A stretch of 64,000 bases of DNA. Origin: Planctomycetota bacterium. Lineage in GTDB: Bacteria > Planctomycetota > B15-G4. This document shows, piece after piece, positions 19,794 through 29,630 of the stretch; the first letter of the stretch is position 1; the number at the start of each line of letters is the position of its first letter. The position numbers and the translations under genes were made by a program. The stretch covers positions 4,928,001-4,992,000 of the forward strand of contig CBDFJQ010000002.1 of assembly GCA_965248575.1 (NCBI GenBank), given 5' to 3'. Below the pieces are notes generated by a model, which was not told the DNA's origin, did no database searches, and saw only the letters and a list, made by a program, of their open reading frames with translations.

Positions 19794-20717
19794 CTACCGA
19801 TTCGAAGCCAGATTGTTGGTCCAAATGTAGAGCCTGCCGTCCGGCATGGCGCTGACGCGCGCCGCGACGACGGGCCTGCCCCGTTCGTCCACAGGCTGGA
19901 AGCGTCCTTCGAACTCCCCGTCCTCAGCGAACACGTGCACCCGGTCGTGGGAGGGGTCCGTGATGAAGATGCGCCCCTGGTCATCGCTGGCAATGGACGT
20001 GGGCGAGAGGAGCTTGCCCCGCTTCTTGCCGTATCCGGCGTACTTGAAGAGGGGTTTGCCGTCGGTCTTGAACACGCGCACCTTGGCGTCACCCGCATCC
20101 AGAACATGCACGCGACCCTTCTGGTCAATGGCAAGACCGCGCGGTCCATTGAGATGGCCATCTTTGTCACTGCTGATGTCGCTGTCCTGACCGATGGCGC
20201 CCACCAGCTTGCCCTTCATGTTGAAGACCGCGACGCGGTGGTGAAGGGTGTCGCTCACATAGAGACGGTTGCCGCTCACGGCCAGGTCGCGGGGCATGAA
20301 CAGGCCGCCCTGCTCCGGGCTCCCGTCGGCGAGAACGTCGTGGTGCTGACCGTCGGAATTGAAGACTTGGACCCGACCGTTGCCTTGGTCAAGCACGAAC
20401 AGCTGGCCGTTTTCTGAAACGGTGGCGTCGATGGGTTGGTTCAGCTTCCCAGGGTTGCTGCCCAGGCTCGCGAATGTCCCGACGGCCTTGCCCTTCTTGT
20501 TCAGTCGGATGATCTGGTGCCCGTCCACATCCAGGATGTAGGCGGGTCCCTTGTCGTCGAAAATGACGTGATCGCTGCCAACTGTGTAGGGGCCAGGGTC
20601 ATACCGACCGCGGGAGTTCGACGAGCGTGGGCTCGAACACCCTGTGACTGTCAGCGGTGCGAGGCATGCCACGGCTGCAGCACTGCTCGAGATCCCGATG
20701 AATTTCCGACGATCCAT
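19794..20717 (-). CDS. Tat-exported NHL-repeat beta-propeller lipoprotein
   Basis: MDRRKFI twin-arginine motif and VTGC lipobox; repeated LxxPxxxAxxxxGxxxVxDxxNxRVxVF. Confidence 0.88.
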   Translation of the reverse strand: MDRRKFIGISSSAAAVACLAPLTVTGCSSPRSSNSRGRYDPGPYTVGSDHVIFDDKGPAYILDVDGHQIIRLNKKGKAVGTFASLGSNPGKLNQPIDATVSENGQLFVLDQGNGRVQVFNSDGQHHDVLADGSPEQGGLFMPRDLAVSGNRLYVSDTLHHRVAVFNMKGKLVGAIGQDSDISSDKDGHLNGPRGLAIDQKGRVHVLDAGDAKVRVFKTDGKPLFKYAGYGKKRGKLLSPTSIASDDQGRIFITDPSHDRVHVFAEDGEFEGRFQPVDERGRPVVAARVSAMPDGRLYIWTNNLASNR

Positions 20718-20899
20718 GATGGCACCCCCTTGATGAATGGATGGGTGTCCGGCAGGTCGGATGGACGACGTGCCCGACGCTGGATGGTGACGCGTTGCCC
20801 GGGCTCCACCCTCGCGTCACTCCCTCTTGGGTAGCGACCTTATCACGCTCCCGCGATGCGGGGGGTTGTGGCCGCGCAGTAGCCGGACGATGCGGACGT

Positions 20900-21376
20900 C
20901 TAGGGGACCAGCGGTCGCATGGGTGCCTTCAAATGTTCGAACACCAGTGCAGTTTCGATGTGAGCGACTTCGTCTTGGCTGGAGAAGTGATCCATGACCA
21001 GGACACGCAGATGCTCCTGGTTGCGGACGACGACGTGTACGAGCAGATCCTGGCTGCCGCTGACGTGCAGGACCTGAAGCACCTCGGGAAGCGCAGCGAG
21101 CCGGTCGCGCATGGTTTCGATGGTTCGCCGACCGTGACGGCCCAGTTGGACCGAGATCATGGCTGCCAGGCCGACGTTCATGGCGACGGGCGAAACGTCG
21201 GCATGGAAGCCGGTCAGCACTCCGGTCTCGATCAGTCGACGAACCCTCACAAGGCAACTGGAGGGTGCCAGGTCCACGTGGGCCGCGAGCTCCTTGTTAC
21301 TCAGCCGAGCATCCTTCTGCAAAGCTGAGATCAGAGCGAAGTCGATTCGATCGAGACTGTTGAATTCAGTACTCAT
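20900..21376 (-). CDS. Lrp/AsnC family transcriptional regulator
   Basis: LDRIDFALISALQKDARLSNKELA..V.LAPSSCL.RVRRL..GVL.GF. Confidence 0.95.
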   Translation of the reverse strand: MSTEFNSLDRIDFALISALQKDARLSNKELAAHVDLAPSSCLVRVRRLIETGVLTGFHADVSPVAMNVGLAAMISVQLGRHGRRTIETMRDRLAALPEVLQVLHVSGSQDLLVHVVVRNQEHLRVLVMDHFSSQDEVAHIETALVFEHLKAPMRPLVP

Positions 21377-21453
21377 GGCAAAGTCTATTCGTTGGCTGTT
21401 CTGTTCATGTGAGTCCATTCTTAGCACATATCCACCCATTTGAGGATCTGGAC

Positions 21454-22734
21454 GTGCTGCAAGTCTTGCCGACGATTGTTCGACCCGTGGCTCCGGCCGC
21501 CGAAACGAGTCCTGGGCGGGAGATGCTGGAGTCCGAGCGCTTCATCCTGAATCTCGGGCGTCTGCTGCACCGGCACGGCTTGCCTTCCGATCGGCTGGAG
21601 GAGGCACTCCTGGCCTGCTCCCGGCAGTTGGGCCTGGCCGCGCAGCTCTTCTGCACCCCGACCTCCCTCTTTGCGTCCTTCGAGGGGGAGTCGAACCCCT
21701 CGACTCATCTGCTGCGGGTCGAGCCGGGGGATGTCGACCTGGGTCGCTTGAGCGACCTCAGCGAGCTGATCGATGAGCTGCTGCGGGGCGACCTGGTGTT
21801 GGGCACTGCCGCTGCACGGCTTGAGGCCTTCGATCACCATCCTCCGAGGTGGGGGCGTTGGAGCAGGCTGCTTTCCTTTGGCGTGGCTTCGTCATCGGCG
21901 GCCTGCATCCTGGGTGGCTCGCTGGACGCTGCCGTCGTGGCATTGGGCTCAGGCACTCTGGTGGGTTGCCTGGCGATGTTGGCCGCCCGGCGTCCGGCGC
22001 TCGCCAGGGTATTCGAGCCGGTGGCGGCTGCCGCTGCGGCCGCGGTTGCTGTGTTGTTCAGCCCCGATGGGCGCGGCGAGTTGGCAACCCTGGCGTCGCT
22101 GATCGTCCTGGTGCCAGGCTTCGCGCTCACCGTCGGCATGAGCGAGTTGGCCATGCGCCACTTGTCGGCAGGTACGACACGCCTGGCAGGCGCACTCGGC
22201 TCGTTTCTGGGCATCGGTTTTGGAGTGGCGCTGGGCCGGGGTCTGGGAGGTGCCCTCTCATCGCTCAGCGATTGGCGTGAGCTCATGCCCATCGCCTTGC
22301 CGGCCATGGAGATGCCTGACGGGAGTCTCTGGCTTGCCCTGGTCTTGGCGCCGCTCTCGTTCACGGTCTTGTTCAGTGCGCGGCGTCGCGATGCGCCTTG
22401 GATTCTTGGCGCGGGCTGGTTGGCTTGGTTCGGAACCCAAGCCGGCGCTCTGCTGCTCGGCGCCCAACTCGCAGGATTCGTCGGCGCGCTGGCCGTGGGG
22501 GTGGGGAGCAATCTGCTCGCACGCCATTCGACGCGCCCAGCGCTCGTCACCTTGGTGCCCGGCATCCTCTTGCTCGTGCCCGGGAGTCTCGGTTTCCGCA
22601 GTGTGTCGTTCTTCTTGGGGCACGACACGTTGAGCGGTGTCGAGGCTGCTTTCGAAATGGGCTTGGCGGCCATCTCCATCGTGGCGGGCCTGTTGTTGGC
22701 CCATGCCTTGGTCCCTCCAAGGCGGGCGCTCTAG
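21454..22734 (+). CDS. ThrE-family threonine/serine exporter (fused two-domain form)
   Basis: G..LH..G..S.RLE, PT.L, DLGRL, duplicated LVPG motif and about ten TM helices. Start uncertain (21409, 21454 or 21523). Confidence 0.88.
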   Translation: MLQVLPTIVRPVAPAAETSPGREMLESERFILNLGRLLHRHGLPSDRLEEALLACSRQLGLAAQLFCTPTSLFASFEGESNPSTHLLRVEPGDVDLGRLSDLSELIDELLRGDLVLGTAAARLEAFDHHPPRWGRWSRLLSFGVASSSAACILGGSLDAAVVALGSGTLVGCLAMLAARRPALARVFEPVAAAAAAAVAVLFSPDGRGELATLASLIVLVPGFALTVGMSELAMRHLSAGTTRLAGALGSFLGIGFGVALGRGLGGALSSLSDWRELMPIALPAMEMPDGSLWLALVLAPLSFTVLFSARRRDAPWILGAGWLAWFGTQAGALLLGAQLAGFVGALAVGVGSNLLARHSTRPALVTLVPGILLLVPGSLGFRSVSFFLGHDTLSGVEAAFEMGLAAISIVAGLLLAHALVPPRRAL

Positions 22735-22779
22735 CTAGCAAGCGGCGGTTCAGGCGCTCGCGCCCTCGGTGTCGAGCGT

Positions 22780-23511
22780 TCAAGCCAGGTCGAAGAGGAC
22801 GAGATCACTGTCTTCCTGGGCTTCGATCAGCACCAACTGGGCGCCTTCGATTCCAGCTCCATCACCCGCCTTCAGGGTGTGGCCTTCGAGTCGAACGCTG
22901 CCGCGACCGACATGCAGCCAGGCCCGGCGGCCTCCCAGCCCCAGGGTCTGGGTTGCGCCTGCCGCCAGCAGCCCCGCGAAGAGCCGCGCGTCCTGGCCGA
23001 TCGTCAGCGAGCCGTCGCGACCGTCGGCAGAGGCGACAAGCAGGAGCCCCTCAGGTTGTCCATCTTCGCGGAACCGCTTCTCTTCATAGTGCGGCTCTGT
23101 CTCTCGCTCACGAGGCAGCACCCACATCTGCAGCAGTTCCAGTTCTTGGTCTTCGGAGGCGTTGAACTCACTATGGGTGAGCCCGCTGCCGGCAGACATG
23201 AGTTGCACGTCTCCCGCTTGGATGATCGATGCGTGGCCCATGCTGTCCTGGTGGCGCAACCGCCCCCTCAGCACATAGGTCACGATCTCCATGTTCCGGT
23301 GGCCGTGGGTTCCGAAGCCCTGGCCGGGATGGACGAGGTCATGGTTCAGGACGCGCAGGTCGCTGAACTGATCCCACAGCGGGTCGCGGTAGTCCGCGAA
23401 GGAGAAGGTGTGATGGGCTTGAAGCCAGCCGTGATCGGCGTGGCCGCGCTCGTGGGCGAGCCGGAGTGTGATCCCGGGAGCCCCCACGGGTTTTTGGTCT
23501 GGCTGGTTCAT
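22780..23511 (-). CDS. Pirin family protein (YhhW-like)
   Basis: RGHADHGWL..HTFSF, GFGTHGHRNMEI and MSAGSGLTHSEFN motifs. Confidence 0.95.
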   Translation of the reverse strand: MNQPDQKPVGAPGITLRLAHERGHADHGWLQAHHTFSFADYRDPLWDQFSDLRVLNHDLVHPGQGFGTHGHRNMEIVTYVLRGRLRHQDSMGHASIIQAGDVQLMSAGSGLTHSEFNASEDQELELLQMWVLPRERETEPHYEEKRFREDGQPEGLLLVASADGRDGSLTIGQDARLFAGLLAAGATQTLGLGGRRAWLHVGRGSVRLEGHTLKAGDGAGIEGAQLVLIEAQEDSDLVLFDLA

Positions 23512-23738
23512 GGAGGTTACTTTGGGGCGAGGTGAGAGAACTTGGTGCGCTGAGGGGTGCTAGCTGGCCAGAGTTGGATGCGCCCGTTGCTGAGAAAGAC
23601 ACGCCCGGTCCGCAAAGCCCTGTCTCGGGATTTGATGTTGCCGCTTTCAGTCCTGGGAGATAGCACGGGGGTGTAGCGGGGGGGCTGGCGACAGATTTTC
23701 CTGAAACGCTTCCTCAGACGTCGGTGTCAATTAGTCGA

Positions 23739-26234
23739 ATGAGTCCGCCCGATCACGACGACCTCCGCTTCCCCTCGAGAGGGGGGACTTCCTCCGGCCA
23801 GGACTCCGGAGGCGATCTCCCTTCCTTGGAAAGCGGGTCGCTTGGCGACGAGCCCCTGGAGTCCGCCCTCGACGGCGACGAGCAGGACCACCTTCGGTTG
23901 GACGAGGTGCTCGAGCATAGGACTTGGATGAGGGGGCTGGCGCTTCAGCTGGCTCGCGATCCGGATCTCGCTGGGGATCTCGAGCAAGACACCTGGCTAA
24001 AGTTGCTGGGCAAACCGCCTCGCCGAGACGTGAACCTCAAGCCATGGATCACCACGGTGATGATGAACACCGCCCGAAATGGCTACCGGGGGCGGCAGCG
24101 GCGTTCCGTGCGAGAGCACGAGTGGTCTCGCACTCGCGACACGACCGAGCGCCCCGGGTTGGACCGGGAAGTCGTCGAGGACCTGTTGACGGCTCTCGGG
24201 CGCTTGGACGAGCGGTATCGCGACGTGCTGGTCTTGCGTTTCTACGGGCAGTTCAGCCCCAAGGAAATCGGGGCCCAAAAGGCCATCCCTGCGGCCACCG
24301 TGCGCACGCAATTGAGGCGCGCTCTCCAGCAGATGCGAGACGAGCTCGACAGGCGGTATGGGGAGGACCATTCACTCTGGGGTGCCGGGCTTGCAGTCTG
24401 GGCCGTGCGAGGCACGGACTTGCCAGCGGGCCTGGCGACCGATGTGGCGACCCAGGTTCCTGCTACCGGTGTGGGCCCCGTCGCCAGCGTGAGCCCCGTC
24501 GTCGGTTTGACCGGGCTCGGGCTGTGGTGGCCCCTCGCGGCCGTGCTGCTGACGGGGTGTGCGTTGTTCTGGGTCCCCGCCTGGCTCAATGCCGAGTCGG
24601 GTCGAGAGCGCAGCGAAGGGGTGCCTCACACGGCGCTGTCTGAAGGGGCGGCGGCAGTTCCAGACGGGCAGGGCGGCGACCTGGACCGGGAAGGCGCCGC
24701 GACGTGGCTTCCCGACGCGCGGCGCGAATTGGTGGGCTCGCTCGTTGTCCCCGCCCCCGACAAGACGCCTTCGGCTGCGTCTCTGGAGACGGCGCCCGTT
24801 CCGATGCTGAGGGTGCACGCGGTGGACGCTGAGTCCGGAGCTCCCATCGCCGGTGCGGTGTTGCTCCCTGCGCCCCCCACGGATCGCTACGCCCTGACCT
24901 CGGAGCAGGTCTCCGATCGAACACGATTCACGGGGGCTCCGATTCTCATCCCTGAGGGGCAACTCGAACCCTTCGCGCTGAGTGAACTTTCCTCATTGGT
25001 CGATGTGCACATCGGGGCACCGGGCTACGAGTGGTCGTTCGCCCGATTCAGGGTGGACGACGTGGGCGATCGCACCGAAGAGCTGAAAGCGGGTGCTGAG
25101 CTGGCCGTTGAGCTGACGGTCCCCGCGGAAGCCAACGGATTGCAGCTGCGCGTCAAGAACATGGCCGGGAACATGTTGCGAGTGAGTGAGGTGGTGGGGG
25201 GCGACACCCCCTTGCGAGTCAGTTGGCCCGGCCTGCCGGCCGCTGCGCTCGACCTCGAATTGGTTTGCGTCCACCGGCCTCCCACCGTGCTGGATCGATG
25301 GTCCACGCGTCTCAGCCCGGGGGATGTCCGGGAGCTGACCCTGCACTCCGCGGCGGGTGAAGCAGGCATTCCCCGCCTTGAGCTCTACGGCACGCTCATC
25401 TTGCCGGTCGGGGAGATGGCCAATCCGGAGATACGAGTTGAAGCCTTCGGAGAGCTGCCGAGACATCTCAGCCGGAGAAAGGGGAGCGCACTGAGACACA
25501 TGGCTGTTCTCACCGAACCCGAAGCCCTGCCCGATGGGCGTCGTCTCTACCGCTGGACCGTCGGGGAACAGCCTGTGGGTGAGTATGGGGTCGCGGTGAA
25601 GCCCTTCAGCTTGGTGAACCATGTCCATCTGGCGCCCGAGAGGCCACAGGGTTTTGAGATCGTCGTTCCGCCCCGCGAGGCATTGCGCGTGTCGCTGGTG
25701 GAGGCCACAACGGGAGCGTCTGTCGAGGGGGATCGACTCGCCTGGTTTCCGGCCGCACAGTTCACCTTCGATCGACGCTTGGGAACGACGAAGGTTCGTC
25801 GGGACGTCGCGGCCGAGTTCTTTGAGATTGCCGTCACGCCGGGCGCGTTCGTGTTCGTGGCCCAGCGCGAGCACACGTCCACGCAGCGCGGATACTACGG
25901 CTGGGTCGAGCTGGAGATCGAGCCTGGTCAGCGCGAACTCCTGGTCCCGGTGCAGAAGGTCAGCCGAGTGGATGTCACGGTGAGCGACCAGGGTGAGCTG
26001 AGGCCGTTCGAAGTCCGCAGCGGCCATCTACTGGAGATCGAACGGGTGGACGGCGTGGACTTCTGGCTGAGGGATTCCCTGGACCGCAGCAGCAGCTTCG
26101 ACGTTGCGATGCCTGGTCTGTACGAGCTCAGCTTCGGAGACCTCGACGGGTATGCACCCGTCGTTCCGTTGCTGGTCGAGATCCAAGAGGGTGTGGACCA
26201 GCAGCTCGTGATCGAGCTCTTGAGGAACAACTAG
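23739..26234 (+). CDS. ECF sigma factor fused to a TM helix and a long beta-rich extracytoplasmic extension
   Basis: Sigma2 (DLEQDTWL) and sigma4 (LDERYRDVLVLRFY..SPKEI...ATVRTQLRRA); TM LWWPLAAVLL; carboxypeptidase-regulatory-like repeats (VDAESGAPIAGA, VEATTGASVEG). Confidence 0.85.
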   Translation: MSPPDHDDLRFPSRGGTSSGQDSGGDLPSLESGSLGDEPLESALDGDEQDHLRLDEVLEHRTWMRGLALQLARDPDLAGDLEQDTWLKLLGKPPRRDVNLKPWITTVMMNTARNGYRGRQRRSVREHEWSRTRDTTERPGLDREVVEDLLTALGRLDERYRDVLVLRFYGQFSPKEIGAQKAIPAATVRTQLRRALQQMRDELDRRYGEDHSLWGAGLAVWAVRGTDLPAGLATDVATQVPATGVGPVASVSPVVGLTGLGLWWPLAAVLLTGCALFWVPAWLNAESGRERSEGVPHTALSEGAAAVPDGQGGDLDREGAATWLPDARRELVGSLVVPAPDKTPSAASLETAPVPMLRVHAVDAESGAPIAGAVLLPAPPTDRYALTSEQVSDRTRFTGAPILIPEGQLEPFALSELSSLVDVHIGAPGYEWSFARFRVDDVGDRTEELKAGAELAVELTVPAEANGLQLRVKNMAGNMLRVSEVVGGDTPLRVSWPGLPAAALDLELVCVHRPPTVLDRWSTRLSPGDVRELTLHSAAGEAGIPRLELYGTLILPVGEMANPEIRVEAFGELPRHLSRRKGSALRHMAVLTEPEALPDGRRLYRWTVGEQPVGEYGVAVKPFSLVNHVHLAPERPQGFEIVVPPREALRVSLVEATTGASVEGDRLAWFPAAQFTFDRRLGTTKVRRDVAAEFFEIAVTPGAFVFVAQREHTSTQRGYYGWVELEIEPGQRELLVPVQKVSRVDVTVSDQGELRPFEVRSGHLLEIERVDGVDFWLRDSLDRSSSFDVAMPGLYELSFGDLDGYAPVVPLLVEIQEGVDQQLVIELLRNN

Positions 26235-26317
26235 CGCGCTGGGCCGAATGGCCGGGCTGGTTTCTCCCGCACAAGATCGTGCGAAAGTCACCTGATGGCT
26301 GGGCCGATGGGGTGCCC

Positions 26318-26788
26318 ATGCATGCATTCCGTGACACTCGCGGCTTCACCTTGGTGGAGCTGCTGATCGTCGTCGTCGTGCTCGGCATCCTGGCGGCCAT
26401 GGCGATCCCATCGCTCGGCGACATCACCACGGATGCAAAGCGCTCGGCCTTCGCTAGCGACCTGCGCATCCTGGCCGAGTCGGCCAATCGCTACAACGTC
26501 CAGAACAACCAGCACCTACCTGACACGAGTTCTGGCGTCTGGCCGTCTGAGTGGGCGGGGTCCATTCCGCAGAACCAGTTCGAGGCGCAGACACCGCTGG
26601 GCGGGGTCTGGGACATCGAGCTCAACAGCTTTGGTGTCGTGGCCGCAATCGGCGCGCACTTTGGCGCAGACATTCCCAGCGATGCAGATCTCAGCGCCGT
26701 TGACGCCATCATGGATGATGGCAACCTCGGAACGGGCGTCGTGCGCAAGCTCGCTGCAGACCGCTTCTACTACGTGCTCGAAGAGTAG
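26318..26788 (+). CDS. Type IV pilin / T2SS pseudopilin
   Basis: Class III signal RG|FTLVELLIVVVVLGILAAMAIP. Confidence 0.93.
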   Translation: MHAFRDTRGFTLVELLIVVVVLGILAAMAIPSLGDITTDAKRSAFASDLRILAESANRYNVQNNQHLPDTSSGVWPSEWAGSIPQNQFEAQTPLGGVWDIELNSFGVVAAIGAHFGADIPSDADLSAVDAIMDDGNLGTGVVRKLAADRFYYVLEE

Positions 26789-26867
26789 GCGGCGCCAGTG
26801 TCCTTGCTCAAGGTCGCCAGCTCAGGCTGAGCCCGGGGTCAGCTCCGCCGTGCTGATCGGGGATGGC

Positions 26868-27767
26868 TCAGTCGATGACCCCGGTGGCGGCGCGGCTCCA
26901 GCGGGTCAGGACCTCGTGAGCCCCCTCCCTGGTGGTGACGAAATCGACTCGCGCGAGAAAGTCATCGAACGGGATGCGGATGCGCATTTCGTCGTGCTCG
27001 GTGAGGGGGTCATCAATCTCCCAGGGGTCGATGACCTCCACCCAGAGCACCTCCTTGTCGGAGAAGCCCAGGCGCGCCGACGTTTCATCGAGAGTCTCCA
27101 TGTCGTCGTCCAGGTCGCGCTTGGCTGCGAAGAGGTCTGCGAAGAAGTCCGTCACCCACTCCAATTGCTTGGGGGCGACGATCCACTCCGTGAACTCAGC
27201 ACCCACCAGGACGACCAGGTGCCCTTCGGTGGCGTCGGGAGCTTCCCGCAGCCCGACGACGGCTGGGTTGCCCGCCTTGAGATCCGTGAGTGGCACGCTC
27301 TTCTTAGGGAGATAGCTGTCCAGGACGTGCTCGATGCCCACGGATTCGTCGACGTCGACGCTGACGTCGCCCGGGAGGTCGTCGTCGGCAAGGCGTTCAC
27401 CGAGCCTACTCAGCTCCTCGTCGAGTTGATCGGCCAGGCCCTGCCAGATGGCGTCGAAGCCCACCACCTCGGTGCCGGGGCTGAGGGCCTTGTAGATCTC
27501 GTAGCGCGTGGCAGCCGCGACCTTCGGAGAGCCGTCCTCCCCGTGGCCATGGATACGCGCCGCGATCTCCTCCTGGGCGGTCGGGGTGCCGTCGTAGGAC
27601 AGGATCATCTCCGCGCACGCAGCCCAACACCAGACTTCCTGACGCTGGCTCGTCTTCACGGAGGCGAAGTTCTGTAGCTGGACCGACTGCGAGGACTGCA
27701 GCAACGAACAGGAGGTGAAGGCTGCCAGCAAGAGGCAAGCCGACAAGCGTCTGACAAGGATGCTCAT
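26868..27767 (-). CDS. Lipoprotein with papain-like (C39-like) cysteine peptidase domain
   Basis: Lipobox FTSC; Q...WCWAAC, GHLVVLVG and IDPW give a Cys-His-Asp pattern. Confidence 0.7.
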   Translation of the reverse strand: MSILVRRLSACLLLAAFTSCSLLQSSQSVQLQNFASVKTSQRQEVWCWAACAEMILSYDGTPTAQEEIAARIHGHGEDGSPKVAAATRYEIYKALSPGTEVVGFDAIWQGLADQLDEELSRLGERLADDDLPGDVSVDVDESVGIEHVLDSYLPKKSVPLTDLKAGNPAVVGLREAPDATEGHLVVLVGAEFTEWIVAPKQLEWVTDFFADLFAAKRDLDDDMETLDETSARLGFSDKEVLWVEVIDPWEIDDPLTEHDEMRIRIPFDDFLARVDFVTTREGAHEVLTRWSRAATGVID

Positions 27768-28010
27768 GGGTGATGTCTGCGCGGATGCGATCCGCTGCGC
27801 TCCGTGGTTCCTGGTTCGGTCGGTCGAGAGGCTCGAGCTCCCCACCATCCAGCGCGCCGCCTGGGCGGGAATGACCCCGATTGGCTGCCGCGTGGCTCTC
27901 GGTTGAGACGATACGAAGATGTCCAAGTTGGCGCAAAGTGGCGGGAGCTTCCGCACTTGCCTTGCTGCTAACATCGCGCGATTGTCCCGAGCCCCGGTCA
28001 ATGACTCTTC

Positions 28011-29603
28011 ATGCCTGCCCCCACGCCTGACCTCGCCCAGCAGATCGCCCGGCGGCGCACCTTCGCCATCATTTCTCACCCGGATGCTGGCAAGACCACG
28101 CTGACCGAGAAGCTCCTGCTCTACTCGGGGATGATCCGTACAGCCGGCATGGTCAAGAACCGCAAGGGGCGAGCAGCCACCAGCGATTGGATGGGCATGG
28201 AACGGGAGCGCGGGATCTCCGTGACCTCGAGCGCGATGCAGTTCCCGTACAAGGGTTCCATCATCAATGTGCTCGACACGCCTGGTCACGAAGACTTCAG
28301 CGAGGACACCTACCGGACGCTGATCGCTGCAGACTCCGCCATCATGGTGCTGGACGCGGGCAAGGGCGTCGAGAAGCAGACGCGCAAGCTGTTCGAGGTT
28401 TGCAAGCTGCGCGGCATCCCCGTCTTGACGTTCATCAACAAGCTCGACATGCCTGGGCGGGATCCCCTGGAGTTGTTGACCGAGGTGGAGAACGCCCTGG
28501 GGATCCAGGCCTGTGCCTTCAATTGGCCTGTCGGCTCCGGGAAGGAGTTCGCCGGGGTGGTGGATCGGCGCAGCCAGGAGTTCTTGCTGTTTGAGAAGGC
28601 CTCTGCTGGTGGCGCAAGCGAATCGCTGCTGGAACGGATCCCGTTCGACGACCCCCGGGTGGAAGAGCGGCTGGGCGCGGAGGTGGCGGAGCGCGTCCGC
28701 TCCGAGGTGGAGTTGTTGGAGATCGCGGGGAACGAGTACAGCGATGAGGCTTTCCTCGCCGGGGATGTGACGCCTACCTTCTTTGGCTCGGCGCTCACCA
28801 ACTTCGGGCTCGAGCCCTTCTTCGATGCCTTCGTGGAGCTGGCCCCTCCGCCGGGCGCGCGTCTCGTCGATCTCCCGGACGGCAGCGAGCAGGGGCGCGA
28901 CCCTCACGCGCCGTTCAGTGCGTTCGTGTTCAAGATCCAGGCCAACATGGATCGTCGGCACCGGGACTGCATCGCGTTCATGCGCATCTGCTCCGGGCGC
29001 TATGAGCCTGAGACGCTCGTGAAGCACCACCGACTTGGCAAGCCGGTTCGGCTCGCGCGGCCCCACAGCATCGTGGCCCAGGAGCGGACGACCCTCGATG
29101 AGGCTTTCCCCGGTGACATCATCGGCTTGATCAGCCGTGACACCTTCCAGATCGGGGACACCATCTCCATGGACGGGGGCTTCGAACACAAGGCCTTGCC
29201 GCAGTTCCAACCGGAGTTGTTTGCGCGCATTGAGCCCACGGCTACGAGCCTTCGCAAGCGCTTCGACAAGGGCATGAAGAACCTCATCGCCGAAGGAGCG
29301 GTGCAGTTGTTCTGGCCGGAGAACAACCCCAACGAAGCCCTGAGTGGCGCGGTGGGGAGGCTGCAGTTTGAAGTGCTGCAGTACAGGCTCGAGGATGAGT
29401 ACGGCGTGCCCACGACCCTGCAGAACATGCCGTATGTCTGCAGCTCCTGGTTGAAGGGTGATCGCGAGACCTTTGATCCGCCGACCACGGCGCTCATGGC
29501 GCGCGACATCCGGGACCGCCCGGTGGTGCTCTTCCGCAGCGAGTGGGACAAGCAGGCTGCGGGCAGGAAGAACCCGGACCACGAGTTGCTCGACATGGCC
29601 TGA
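28011..29603 (+). CDS. prfC: Peptide chain release factor 3
   Basis: RRRTFAIISHPDAGKTT, SDWM..E.ERGISV, DTPGHEDFSEDTYR, NKLD and GAVG.LQFEV..RL..EY motifs. Confidence 0.97.
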   Translation: MPAPTPDLAQQIARRRTFAIISHPDAGKTTLTEKLLLYSGMIRTAGMVKNRKGRAATSDWMGMERERGISVTSSAMQFPYKGSIINVLDTPGHEDFSEDTYRTLIAADSAIMVLDAGKGVEKQTRKLFEVCKLRGIPVLTFINKLDMPGRDPLELLTEVENALGIQACAFNWPVGSGKEFAGVVDRRSQEFLLFEKASAGGASESLLERIPFDDPRVEERLGAEVAERVRSEVELLEIAGNEYSDEAFLAGDVTPTFFGSALTNFGLEPFFDAFVELAPPPGARLVDLPDGSEQGRDPHAPFSAFVFKIQANMDRRHRDCIAFMRICSGRYEPETLVKHHRLGKPVRLARPHSIVAQERTTLDEAFPGDIIGLISRDTFQIGDTISMDGGFEHKALPQFQPELFARIEPTATSLRKRFDKGMKNLIAEGAVQLFWPENNPNEALSGAVGRLQFEVLQYRLEDEYGVPTTLQNMPYVCSSWLKGDRETFDPPTTALMARDIRDRPVVLFRSEWDKQAAGRKNPDHELLDMA

Positions 29604-29630
29604 GGGGGCCGAAGGCTGCGCGTCAGATGC

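Noticed and set aside
18427..20717. Prophage or tailocin remnant
   Set aside because: No integrase, terminase, capsid, sheath, tube or baseplate genes are present.
26868..29582. 904-aa minus-strand ORF
   Set aside because: The first ~600 codons are the antisense shadow of prfC and the spacer; only 26868-27767, which has its own lipoprotein signal, is a credible gene.
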